Assembly (NCBI RefSeq): GCF_026571515.1
Contig: NW_026858667.1
Location: 1 to 64,000 of the forward strand
Source of the DNA: Ruditapes philippinarum
Taxonomy: Eukaryota
DNA: 64,000 nucleotides
Reading direction: 5' to 3'
Under the pieces are notes generated by a model. That model ran no database searches. It had not been told where the DNA came from and saw nothing but the letters and a program-made list of their open reading frames with translations. The position numbers and the translations under genes are program-made. This document shows, in pieces, positions 23,540-34,242 of the stretch. Position 1 is the first letter of the stretch. Every line of letters begins with the position of its first letter.

Positions 23540-24601
23540 TTTGTTTGTAAATATTACCGTCTGACATTTGTTCGGGAAAATTACGTCACGTCGCGGTGCA
23601 TCATAGGTAATATTACCACGGTTAAACTTTCGGTTTTGCGTGGTTAGGTAACTGCGTGGTTAATTTGTTTATACAATTCGAAAAACCGTGTGGTAACCTA
23701 ACCACGATATATACCACGGTAATTAAATTACCGCGGTATATTTTAACCATCGTTTATACAATTGGCTGCAGCTGATAATGAATTTAACCACTGGTTAACA
23801 CTAACTAATGTTTTGAACAACCTGATCCTGATGTTATCGAAATACATTTGAATAACAATCTATGACGGACATACTGCCTTCACAAAAGCTTTTTGTAAGT
23901 AAAACTGGACCATAACTCAAACCCCATATGAAAATGTTCATTAAATTTTTTATCATTATCTCCTTTTTGATACACATGTAAACATTTTTTTTCATTTCAG
24001 TAATATTTTTCATACATAAATTGACAATCGAACAAAATATTTCCATTATTTTACTGCTCACAATGTTCTCCTATTGGCCAAAACAGGCATACAATATATA
24101 ATACTCTGCTGGTCACAAATTACAAAAATAAACTGGGTCAGTATTTTTAAAACAAAGAATCTTAATTATAATATACAATGTATAATGTCTTATTAAAGTA
24201 TACAGGAATCTTATTAAAGTATACAGGAATTACAAGTGTACATCACATATACATGCACATTTAAATTGTTTATCTTCTTTGTGTCATGCACATGAAAATA
24301 CTAAGTTGATAATGAATTATCTCCAGTTTATACTCATGTGTCACTTCAGATGAGTCTCTTTCATGAATAATGTAATCCTTAAGACTTTCATGTGCAAGAA
24401 TGTGCCAGTTTGATAATGGTTTATCTCCTTTATATATTCACATGTGTCATTTCAGACTGTCATGTGCATATGAATGTACTCTGAATAATTTTATTGAATT
24501 TCTGAGTTAACATCACATATTTAACTAATCAATAATATCAATATTGTGTTTACAATGGCAGTTACATGTATATTGTATTCATGGATGGTTCTTCAGATAA
24601 C

Positions 24602-27268
24602 TCATTTTGCAAAATGTACTATCACATAACTTGCTTTTGAATTGTTTTCTTTAGTATGTACACTAATAAGTTCCTTTAAACTACTCATTTTGCCAACTGT
24701 ATTTTTACACACATTGCATGTTGATGGTTTTTCACCATTATGCATTTTCATGTGTTCATTTAGAAGGCTCATTTGATTGAATGTGCCCTCCGAATTATTA
24801 GATTTAAACAACTTTTCGCCATTACGTCCACTCATATGCTCCTTTTGATTACTCATTCCGATATCACAGTCATTAGATTTAGAAGGTCCTTCTCCAGTGT
24901 GTTCCTTAAGTTTATCAATTCCGCTTAATGTGCCATCAGAGTCATTAATTTTATAAGGTCTCTTTCCAGTATGTTCAGTGTGTTCCTTAAGTTTATCAAT
25001 TCCGCTAAAGGTGCTATCAGAATCATGAAGTTTATAAGGTCTCTTTCCAGTATGTTCAGTGTGTTCCTTTAGTTTATCAATTCCGCTAAAGGTGCCATCA
25101 GAGTCATTAATTTTATAAGGTCTCTTTCCAGTATGTTCAGTGTGTTCCTTTAGTTTATCGATTCCGCTAAAGGTGCCATCAGAGTCATTAAGTTTATAAG
25201 GTCCCTCTCCAGTATATTCAGTGTGATCCTTTAGTTTACCAATTCTACTGAAGGTGCCAACAGAGTCATTAGATTTAGAAGGTCCTTCTCCGGTGTGTTT
25301 CTTTTGTTTATCAATTCCACTTAACATGCTATCAAAGTCATTAATTTTATAAGGTCCCTTTCCAGTATGTTCAGTGTGTTCCTTTAGTTTATCAATTCCA
25401 ATAAAGGTGCCATCAGAGTCATTAATTTTATAAGGTCTCTTTCCAGTATGTTCAGTGTGATCCTTCAGTTTATCAATTCCGATAAAGGTGCCATCAGAGT
25501 CAAAAGATTTAGAAGGTCCCTCTCCAGTATGTTCTCTCATATGTGCCTTTAGTCTACTAATTCCAATAAACGTGCCTTCACAGTCATTACATTTATATGG
25601 TCTTTCTCCAATATGTATTCTCATATGTTGCTTTAGTCTTCCTTGGCTTAAGACAAGACCACAGAACTCACATGCTAGTGAATCTACTACTACTACTTTA
25701 TCTCGTGATTTTTTTTTATCTCGTGTTTTTTTTTCTCCATCATGGACTCTCTTGTGTCTCTTTAAAAGACTTTTTCTACTGAATGTTCCTTCACACATGT
25801 TACATTTGAAGGGTTTTTCTCCATTATGTTCTTTTACATGTGCCTCAAGAGTACTTATTTGGCTGAAAGTTTTGTCACACAAATTGCATGTTAATGGTTT
25901 TTCTCCATTATGTATCTTCATGTGTTCATTTAGAAAACTCACCTGACTGAAAGTGCCATCACAGTCTTTACATTTAAATGTTTTTTCTACATTTTGTTTT
26001 TCCAAATGGCTATTTAGATTACTGTTTTCGCTGGACATTTTATCACTTTCATTGTGTGTTAAAAATTTTCCTCCATTATGTACTTTCATTATGTGTTCAT
26101 ACAGAGCTCTCATTTTGTTGAATGCACCATCACATTCGTTACATTGAAACAGCTTTTCTACTTCTTGTTTTTTCAATGGTTTTTCTCTCACATGTATTTT
26201 CATGTGTCCTTTTAGAGCACTCATTTGGCTGAATGCACCCTCACATTTTTTACATTTAAAGGGATTTTCTTCAGTATGTTCTTTCATATGTTGCAATAGA
26301 TAACTTTTCTGGACAAAGGCTTTATCACAAAGCTGGCATGCAAATGGTTTTTCTCCAGTATGTATTGATGAATGACTCTTGAGTGTAAACATTCGACTGA
26401 ATGTTTTATCGCACTTGTCGCATGTAAATGGTTTTTTTCCTTCTGTATGTTGTCTAACGTGTCTCTTTAAACTTTCCTTTCTGTTGAATGATCTATTACA
26501 CACAGTACACTTAAATGGTTTTTCTTCCTTATGTACAAGTGAGTGAATCTTAAGTCTATCCATTCGGCTGAATATTTTATCACAAACATTGCATGAAAAT
26601 GTTTTTTCTCCAGTATGTTCTCTCATATGTTCCTTTAAAATACTTAAGTGTCTGAATGTACCTTCACATTCTTTACATTTGAAAGGTCTTTCTCCGGTAT
26701 GTGTTCTCAAATGTTGCTCTAAATTATCTCTATTGCTAAATGCTTCTTCACAGAATTCGCATACATATGGTTTTTCAGTCTGTTTTACCATAGGTTGCAT
26801 TATTTGAAGCTTTTGTTCATCATGTTTCTGAATATGTAACTTTAACTGACTATTTCTATCAAATTTTTTGTCACACAGCTGACACAAAAATGGTTTTTCT
26901 CCAGTATGAATTCTCATATGGTACTTCAGATGACATTTATAGATAAATGCACTATCACAAAGCTCACATGCAAATGGTTTTTCACCTGTATGTTTTTTCA
27001 TATGCCTCGTTAACTCACTTTTTCTTCTAAATGCATTTTCACACTGCTGACATTTAAAGGGTTTGTCCCCACTATGTGTATTCATGTGTTCCTTCAAATT
27101 ACTCATTTGTCTGAACAGACAATCACACAATTTACATTTCAATGGTTTTTCTCCAGTATGTATTTTCATGTGTTCATTCAAATTATATATTCTGATGAAA
27201 GTACGATCACACAACTTGCATTTAAATGACTTCTTTTGTTTTCTCTTGCCTTGCTTTTTATTATTCAT
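24602..27268 (-). CDS. Multi-C2H2 (Kruppel-type) zinc-finger protein, 888 aa: 18 canonical fingers, then a block of cysteine-less finger-derived repeats
   Basis: Repeated F-x-C-x2-C-x3-F-x5-L-x2-H-x3-H with TGEKP linkers in one uninterrupted ORF. A possible splice acceptor at ~27566 suggests an upstream exon. Confidence 0.93.
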   Translation of the reverse strand: MNNKKQGKRKQKKSFKCKLCDRTFIRIYNLNEHMKIHTGEKPLKCKLCDCLFRQMSNLKEHMNTHSGDKPFKCQQCENAFRRKSELTRHMKKHTGEKPFACELCDSAFIYKCHLKYHMRIHTGEKPFLCQLCDKKFDRNSQLKLHIQKHDEQKLQIMQPMVKQTEKPYVCEFCEEAFSNRDNLEQHLRTHTGERPFKCKECEGTFRHLSILKEHMREHTGEKTFSCNVCDKIFSRMDRLKIHSLVHKEEKPFKCTVCNRSFNRKESLKRHVRQHTEGKKPFTCDKCDKTFSRMFTLKSHSSIHTGEKPFACQLCDKAFVQKSYLLQHMKEHTEENPFKCKKCEGAFSQMSALKGHMKIHVREKPLKKQEVEKLFQCNECDGAFNKMRALYEHIMKVHNGGKFLTHNESDKMSSENSNLNSHLEKQNVEKTFKCKDCDGTFSQVSFLNEHMKIHNGEKPLTCNLCDKTFSQISTLEAHVKEHNGEKPFKCNMCEGTFSRKSLLKRHKRVHDGEKKTRDKKKSRDKVVVVDSLACEFCGLVLSQGRLKQHMRIHIGERPYKCNDCEGTFIGISRLKAHMREHTGEGPSKSFDSDGTFIGIDKLKDHTEHTGKRPYKINDSDGTFIGIDKLKEHTEHTGKGPYKINDFDSMLSGIDKQKKHTGEGPSKSNDSVGTFSRIGKLKDHTEYTGEGPYKLNDSDGTFSGIDKLKEHTEHTGKRPYKINDSDGTFSGIDKLKEHTEHTGKRPYKLHDSDSTFSGIDKLKEHTEHTGKRPYKINDSDGTLSGIDKLKEHTGEGPSKSNDCDIGMSNQKEHMSGRNGEKLFKSNNSEGTFNQMSLLNEHMKMHNGEKPSTCNVCKNTVGKMSSLKELISVHTKENNSKASYVIVHFAK

Positions 27269-28441
27269 TTTTTCTGCTCACTGTTATCAAATTTACCGTA
27301 TAAATGAACTTTTTATCAACTTGTTAGCATTTAATCATTTCACATTAATAATGCAGTCAACTTTCCTCACTGTAAGATTGGTGCTGTAACTAATCAAATA
27401 ATATGTAACTTGATAATTAGTTTTTTTTCTTTACAATATCTTGCATGCTTACTAGTTTTGAATCCACAGTATTTCCGTTCCATCTGAATACAGCATTTAT
27501 CATCAGCTACACAAATACAAAACTGTATCAAAACTTGACTGCATCTGCATCACTTTTCACAATATCTACAAAAAGAAAAATAATAATAAACACAGCACAT
27601 ATTTGAATTAAGTCAAATATAACATGTATAATACAGCCATTTGTTCTCTTTCTTAATCTCTGGATTTGGTACAGAATGTTGCATTATTTGCATTCTGTGA
27701 GGAAGCTATTTTGCTTTAAAAGTATAAATTAAGTTACAATTAAAGCTACATTAAATAAATATGTACAAATATTTTTGATTTTGGCCTAAAAACCAAGCAT
27801 TCTACAGATTCATTAACCTTTTAACAGTCTTGTTGTAAATCTCATGAAAAATTGTTCATAAATAAGGATTTTAAACGAAAAACCCCTTGGTAACACTAAA
27901 GTTCGTATACAAATTTTAACATGCAAATGAAGATTATAAGCAGCTTGTGTATGCGCTACGTCACAGTGTTATAGCTGCTATTCGGAACACAACAAATATG
28001 AGATTTTCTTGTGCTAACACATTTTAACTGTTTAACTTCACAGTGCACTAGGCCTGAGGTTCAGTAAAAGTAGTCATCTCATAAAAAGATTAAATTTGTA
28101 TAAAAACATCCGTTACAATGTGGAAATATACCATTAAAATAGTACTGCTACTTATAGTCATGTTTGTTGATTGATGTACGGATAATCTGAAGGCGGAGTT
28201 TATCATGCAAACAGAAATTGTACTTCAAAATTCGCCACAATGAGGTTGTCCTTTTTTATGCTTATAAAACTCCTTTTGGTTGTCTGGACACTAAAATAAG
28301 ATCTTGAGTCGATATAAAACCTAATTTATTAATGAAATGTCGTTATTTCTGTTTTTATGAAATTTATTAAATGTATCTTTAAGGTCAAATTAATAATAAT
28401 GTTTCCTGTAACATACTATAACTTTGTTAAGTCATTATTAA

Positions 28442-28762
28442 CAGGGGTGTAGCCAGATTTATTCATATTGTAGGCCCATAGAATGGGGTCTGGTGGCTTA
28501 GCCCCCAGAAGCAAAAAACAAGTTTAGTTTAAAAAGAGCAAAATTTGGTTCCAATGAATTTCCAAGGAAAATCATCAAAAAAACAATCTAATCTAGACGG
28601 TAAATCAAGCTTAAAACACACTTGATTTGACAATACGGTTTGAACCCACTACCATCCCAACCCCGTCTGTCTTTATTGTACTTTTTGGACTTTTGAAAAT
28701 GTCAATTTATTGACCAACTAGTAGGCCCAGGCCTACATGGCCTAATAGTAGCTACGCCACTG
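28442..28762. mobile_element. hAT-like MITE with 5-bp TSD
   Basis: Ends CAGGGGTGTAGC / GCTACGCCACTG; ATTAA immediately on both sides; internal GTAGGCCCA repeats. Confidence 0.75.
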
Positions 28763-28975
28763 ATTAATGGATTAAATTTAACTTCATATTAGGCACAACA
28801 TCTTTTATAGGTCCAGATCTTCATGTACATGTATAATCTAACTCAAACCAACCTTGACTCATGTATGACCTTCACCCTGAAGGTCAAACTATTGAAAGTT
28901 CACTGATTATTGCAACAATCGGCTGTAATCAACAATGGAATATCTTCATACTTACATGTAGATAGACAACCTCAG

Positions 28976-29355
28976 ACATGACCTCTCAAAAGATTGAACT
29001 GACCTTATCCTTTCGATTTGTCAGCCATGTTTGTTTTCACTTAAGTCTGTACATAGTGAAAGTAGGCCAAAATTCATATAACAACAAAGCTCTTATTGTA
29101 GAATGATGAACCATTTGAAAGTTCACTTCCAGGTTTATATTTCAAGGACAATTATAAACAAAAATACATGACCTCTCAAAAGATTGAACTGACCTTATCC
29201 TTTCGATTTGTCAGCCATGTTTGTTTTCACTTAAGTCTGTACATAGTGAAAGTAGGCCAAAATTCATATAACAACAAAGCTCTTATTGTAGAATGATGAA
29301 CCATTTGAAAGTTCACTTCCAGGTTTATATTTCAAGGACAATTATAAACAAAAAT
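28976..29355. repeat. Exact tandem duplication of ~190 bp
   Basis: ACATGACCTCTCAAAAG...ATAAACAAAAAT at 28976-29165 is repeated at 29166-29355. Confidence 0.9.
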
Positions 29356-30939
29356 AACAAGAGCTGTCAGTAGGACAGCAACGCTCGACTATTCTTAGTG
29401 CTTGATAGTAACAAAAAATGCTTGATACAGTTACCTCCTCCTGTCTACAGGTTGGGGTCATGATGGTGAATAAGTGTGCAAAGTTTCAAGCCATATGTCA
29501 ATGGACTTTGAAAATATTTGAACTATAACAAAAACTTTAACGTAAATTCTAAGTCGAAAAAGGGGCATAATTCTGTCAAAATGCTTGATAGAGTTACCTC
29601 CTCCTGTCTACAGGTTGGGGTCATGATGGTGAACAAGTGTGCAAAGTTCCAAAACCATATGTCAATGGACTTTGAAAATATTTGAGGTATTAGAAAAACT
29701 TTAACGTAAATTCTAAGTCGAACAAGAGCTGTCGGTAGGACAGCAAAGCTCGACTATTCTTAGTGCTTGATAGTAAAATAAAATGCTTGATACAGTTTCC
29801 TCCTCCTGTTTACAGGTTGGGGTGATGATGGTCAACAAGTGTGCAAAGTTTCAAAGCCATATATCAATGGACTTTGAAAATATTTGAGGTATTACAAAAA
29901 CTTTAACGTATATTCTAAGTCGAAAAAGGGGCATAATTCTGTCAAAATGCTTGATAGAGTTACCTCCTCCTGTCTACAGGTTGGGGTCATGATGGTGAAC
30001 AAGTGTGCAAAGTTTCAAAGCCATATGTCAATGGCCTTTGAAAATATTTGAGGTATTACAAAAACTTTAACGTATATTCTAAGTCGAAAAAGGGGCATAA
30101 TTCTATCAAAATGCATGATAGAGTTACCTCCTCCTGTCTACATTGTGGGGTCATGATGGTGAACAAGTATGCAAAGTTTCAAAGCCATATGTCAATGGAC
30201 TTTGAAAATATTTGAGGTATTACAAAAACTTTAACGTAAATTCTAAATTGAAAAAGGGGCATAATTCGGTCAAAATGCTTTATAGAGTTACCTCCTCCTG
30301 TCTACAGGTTGGGGTCATGATGGTGAATAAGTGTGCAAAGTTTCAAAGCTATACGTCAATGGACTTTGAAAATATTTGAACTATTACAAAAACTTTAACA
30401 TAAGTGGTTACGCCGACGCAGACACTCGGGTGACTACAGTAGCTCTACTTTTTCTTATCGAATAGTCGAGCTAAAAAGGGGCATAATTTTGTCAAAATGC
30501 TTGATAGAGTTACCTCCTCGAGTCTACAGGTTGGGGTCATGATGGTGAACAAGTGTGCAAAATTTCAAAGCCATATGTCAATGGACTTTGAAAATATTTG
30601 AACTATTACAAAAACGTTAATATAAGTGGTTACGCGGACGCCGATGCGGACACAGACGCTCGGGTGACTACAAGAGCTCTACTTATTCTTATCGAATAGT
30701 TGAGCTAAAAATGATATTAATAAGAATATTAACCTTGAATGGGCTAAATTTCTGAAGACCAAAAACATTCTGTAGCAAAGTTTATAAATGCACTATTCAT
30801 GAATGGCAAAATCCTTTTTAATGTCTGTTTTAGTGCCTACAAAAACCAATTTTTGCAGCAATGTGAGCTTTGTTGTTATATGAATTTTGGCCTACTTTCA
30901 CTTTGGACATACTTTGTGAAAACAAACATGGCTGACAAA
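29207..30939. mobile_element. Degraded TIR element (~75-bp IRs) hosting the HINE pair
   Basis: TTTGTCAGCCATGTTTGTTTTCAC..AGTGAAAGTAGGCCAAAATTCATATAACAACAAAGCTC (29207-29282) is inverted at 30864-30939. Confidence 0.7.
29356..30708 (-). mobile_element. HINE-like element with 164-bp repeats, containing a second copy of the same family (29721-30473)
   Basis: Two starts AACAAGAGCTGTC.GTAGGACAGCAA.GCTCGACTATTC (29356, 29721) and two ends GAATAGT(C/T)GAGCTAAAAA (~30460-30477, ~30694-30711); GGGGCATAATT recurs at 29928, 30092 and 30256. Confidence 0.88.
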
Positions 30940-31111
30940 GCGGAATCACCTTAATTATTTGATTTTATTAAATTTTGGTTTAGTATACTCGAACCCCATG
31001 ATACCGTTGACTCCATGGTACCGGTATATTTACAAATCTTGCGATATTATTGTCAACGCCACCTACCGAGTGTTTATATTGACATGCTCCCAGTAATATT
31101 GGCTATGTATA

Positions 31112-31225
31112 GGTTAGAGTGCATATTGGGTGTTCTTCGTAAATAAGAAAGCTTAAAAGGAGCGGAGCTTGCGAAGCGACTGTAGCTTTCTTATTTACGA
31201 AGAACATCCAATATGCACTCTAACC
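31112..31225. repeat. 42-bp-arm palindrome with 30-nt GC-rich loop
   Basis: GGTTAGAGTGCATATTGGGTGTTCTTCGTAAATAAGAAAGCT and its reverse complement, one mismatch. Confidence 0.9.
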
Positions 31226-33194
31226 GGCTTAGTGCTCTGCCCATTTTTTTCCGCCCAACACACTGCATGACGTCACACGATAGCCTAAATGTGTATAACC
31301 ATATTTGGAAGAGTTAGCGGTACACATTTTCGGGTCACGTGTTTTGCATTGCTTATTCCCGCATTCTGTCTAGGTAAATCAGACAATATCACGGTGCATA
31401 TCCATATCGGTACCCTCTTTGCGAAATATTCTCAAACGGTACCCTCTTTGAACATACACAGGTCATTCTCTGCTAAAAACAAACCAGCGATGGATAACAA
31501 TGCAGTAAAAAATCATTGTAATAAGGAAAGGAGGTATGACACGTAGAAAAGATGTATACCAAGGAACACTAGAATGTTTTATTTATGTGCTGATTTGTCA
31601 TGTGCCCGATTTTCATGTACTGCAACTTCACAATAAGCACCAAATTCAACATCAAATATTTGCAAATAACATGGTGAAATGTCATAATATTTTTACATGA
31701 TACGATTTAAAAACACCTTTTCTCTGTAAAATCAATTCCTATTTTGTCATTGAACAATGCATAAATTTTGATGAAGCTGATGAAACTCAGACTTATTTTC
31801 AAATATGAACAGTAGATTTTTACTTTGACACCGGGAACGAAAATTCCTAATTTCATTGCAAATCTATAAAATTGTTACTTTAAAAGCAAAAACTGATAAT
31901 ATAATGTAGTCGGAGTTAGTTTTAGTAAGTTTTTGATTGATATAACAAAACATTACATTATAATTTGATTTTTTGAATGGTGATGTGCTATGCCAGATCA
32001 CAGTCGGTAGATAACCCAATCACGTGACTCAACCGAGACAGCTTTTTTTGTGAAATCGGTCCGTCTCCAGACCATTCTATTTGAAAGACCCTGAGTAGGG
32101 GTTATATTTTGGATTTTATCATTAATATTAATAGAATTTCAGGTTCCTGTGATACATTCTCTATTAATATTTTTGTCTTAAATTTTACCTCTATGTGTGA
32201 CCTCGACTTTGGTGGCAGCGAGACACTCATACGCGAATACGTGTACCAGTTTTGTTTAAGCAAGGGCTGAGTACAGTACTCAGTCGACTTCATCTGTTCA
32301 TGCACCTGCCAGTAGTTTAACTTTATTTTTACTGTATTTTTAGCGAACTGATACATACGAATGGGAAAAATTATTTTATTCTTTTAACTTTTTGTTGCGG
32401 CTTATTTTTACTAATAAAGCATTACATGAACTGAAGAAATAAGTAAAGAACTTACATAATATATTGTGATATTTAAAATATTTATCACTATCTAGGTCAT
32501 GGCGGACAACAATCAAAGGGAAATTACTAATCAAAGTTGACCACGCAGTGTTCTCCCCTTACAGGCTAAGCCGGTTTGGAAAGTCAAACCCCCTTCAGTC
32601 GCATTTTTCTGTCGAATCGTGTTGTTCGGGTAAATAAACATAGATATATGCAAAATGTAGAATTATATTAATCAAACGCTATCTTTTATGCAATTTTTTG
32701 TACCACACTGTACAGAGGATCTATACAAATGTAGGTTTGCTCATTAAAGCAGCAGGTCTCCCGATTTATGTTAATTTTCACGAAACTTTTAAAAATGTAT
32801 AATTTTTTCGTACATGAATAGACCCACAGGTGGCAGTATCTGTTCTTGGACCTCTGCTACACGGGGGTATCCATATGTGTAAAAAAAAGAGCATCGGTTA
32901 AAAGTACATGTGAATTTCCGCTGCAAAAGATGTGAAGCATTTATAACACAAAATTAGGTCAATAGCTAGTTTTCAAACAGTTATATAAAATTTAAACCAT
33001 TTTTTAGCAACTCGAGATGTGATTCTACGCTCCTGACTCTCTATAACACCCATTTTTGTATTGGATTTCTATGCAGTCTTCATCGACGTGGGTTCTGCTG
33101 GGCCCAAAGCATGCAATGCGTATGAAGACGGACTCAATATACAGATATCTTACAAAATCTCACCAGTATACATGTAGTTTCATGGATGTCATTC

Positions 33195-33800
33195 TGTTAG
33201 CAGTCTCCTGTGTGTAAATCCGTGGTGTTAGTGAGTGAGTAGTCTGGAGTGTCGTGCGTGTGAGTAGCTAGCTAGTGTACTGTGTGTCAGTATAGTGTCG
33301 TGCGTGGTGTCCTGTGTGTCAGTGAACGAGTAGATCCCAGTGTGTCCGTAGTGTCGTGCGTGTGTGTAGTTTCTTGTGTGTCAGTGAGTGAGTAGTCCCC
33401 TATGCGTCAGTATGTGAGTAGTGTCCTCTGTGTTTTAGTGGGTGAGTAGTGCCCTGTGTGTGAGAAGTGCCCTGTGTGTGAGTAGTGCCCTAGCTGTGTG
33501 TGAGAAGTGCCCTATGTGTGAGTAGTGCCCTGTGTGTCAGTATATGAGTAGTGTCATGAGTGTCAGAAAATGAGTATTGTCCTTTGTGTCAGTGAGTGAA
33601 TCTGCCCTGTGTGTCCTTAGTGTCTTGCATGTGAGTGAGTCCCTGTGATTGCGTAGTGTGCTGTATGAGAAGTGTCCTTTGTTTCAGGTCAGTGTCATGT
33701 GTGTGAGTAGTGTCCTGTGCTTCAGTGCCATGTGTGGCCATGTCATTGTTTAGTTGTGTCCAGTGCGTCAGTGCCATGTGTGTCCGGTCAATGTCTGAGT
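33195..33800. repeat. GT-rich degenerate minisatellite (core GTGTGAGTAGTGCCCT)
   Basis: Many imperfect ~18-22-bp copies. Confidence 0.85.
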
Positions 33801-34242
33801 ATAGTTTTTATTAATTAATTTTAACGTTTAAGTATTTAGTATTTTTAGTGGAGTAGGTAGAGAAAGAACTCGCAACCCCAATACTTGTTATCGGGCAGTG
33901 TTACCACTACACCACAGCGCCCGCTCTGATTTATAACTATTTTGCAAGTTCCTATATACGTACATTACATGTATCACATTAGTAAGCTTGAAATTGAGTT
34001 TTTTCATTTGAATTTTCACACCTTAATACTTACTATACATGTGTAAAGTGTTTTACAATGTCTGACATTCTTGAGGGGTTATGATAAAGGACTTCACACA
34101 AAAGAGTAGTAAAAGGGAAAAAAATAAGACTGTTGACAGGCAATAAAAATCCATACTGTTCCGTTAAATAGAATTTGCAGTTATTATATTGACAATAAGT
34201 ATGCTTATATCATTACTTTCTGTTAATGATAAATGATGGTTT

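Larger units (their letters stand above)
16012..23768. mobile_element. Two-gene PIF/Harbinger DNA transposon (~7.76 kb)
   Basis: TIR CAGCCAATTGTATAAAC / GTTTATACAATTGGCTG, each flanked by CAGCTG; arrays of TAACC-N-GGT(T/A)A subterminal palindromes (16030-16180, 23610-23750); convergent DDE transposase and Myb/SANT genes. Confidence 0.92.
15208..23830. mobile_element. Non-autonomous PIF/Harbinger-type element (~0.87 kb net: 15208-16011 plus 23769-23830), host of the autonomous-type copy
   Basis: TIRs CAGGACCGGGTTGTTCAAAACATTGGTTA / TAACTAATGTTTTGAACAACCTGATCCTG; many 15-bp palindromic subterminal repeats TTA(A/T)CC-NNN-GG(A/T)TAA at both ends; flanked by AT on both sides. Confidence 0.8.
8871..23893 (-). 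mobile_element. Old HINE-like host element split into pieces (8871-9199, 14423-15207, 23831-23893) by nested insertions
   Basis: AACAAGAAGGCTATGACGGCCCT..GCTCTCCTGAG end at 8871. Sequence rejoins across inserts as TAGTTTCAAA|AGAAGATTT and GAGGAGAT|GTT. The family-typical GATCATTCCTGTGAAGTTTGGTCA is at 15156, and a GACGGAC...CACAAAAGCT tail lies at 23864-23890. Confidence 0.6.

Noticed and set aside
25488-27389. Plus-strand ORFs opposite the ZF gene
   Set aside because: Typical antisense shadows of C2H2 arrays (GFSPVC).
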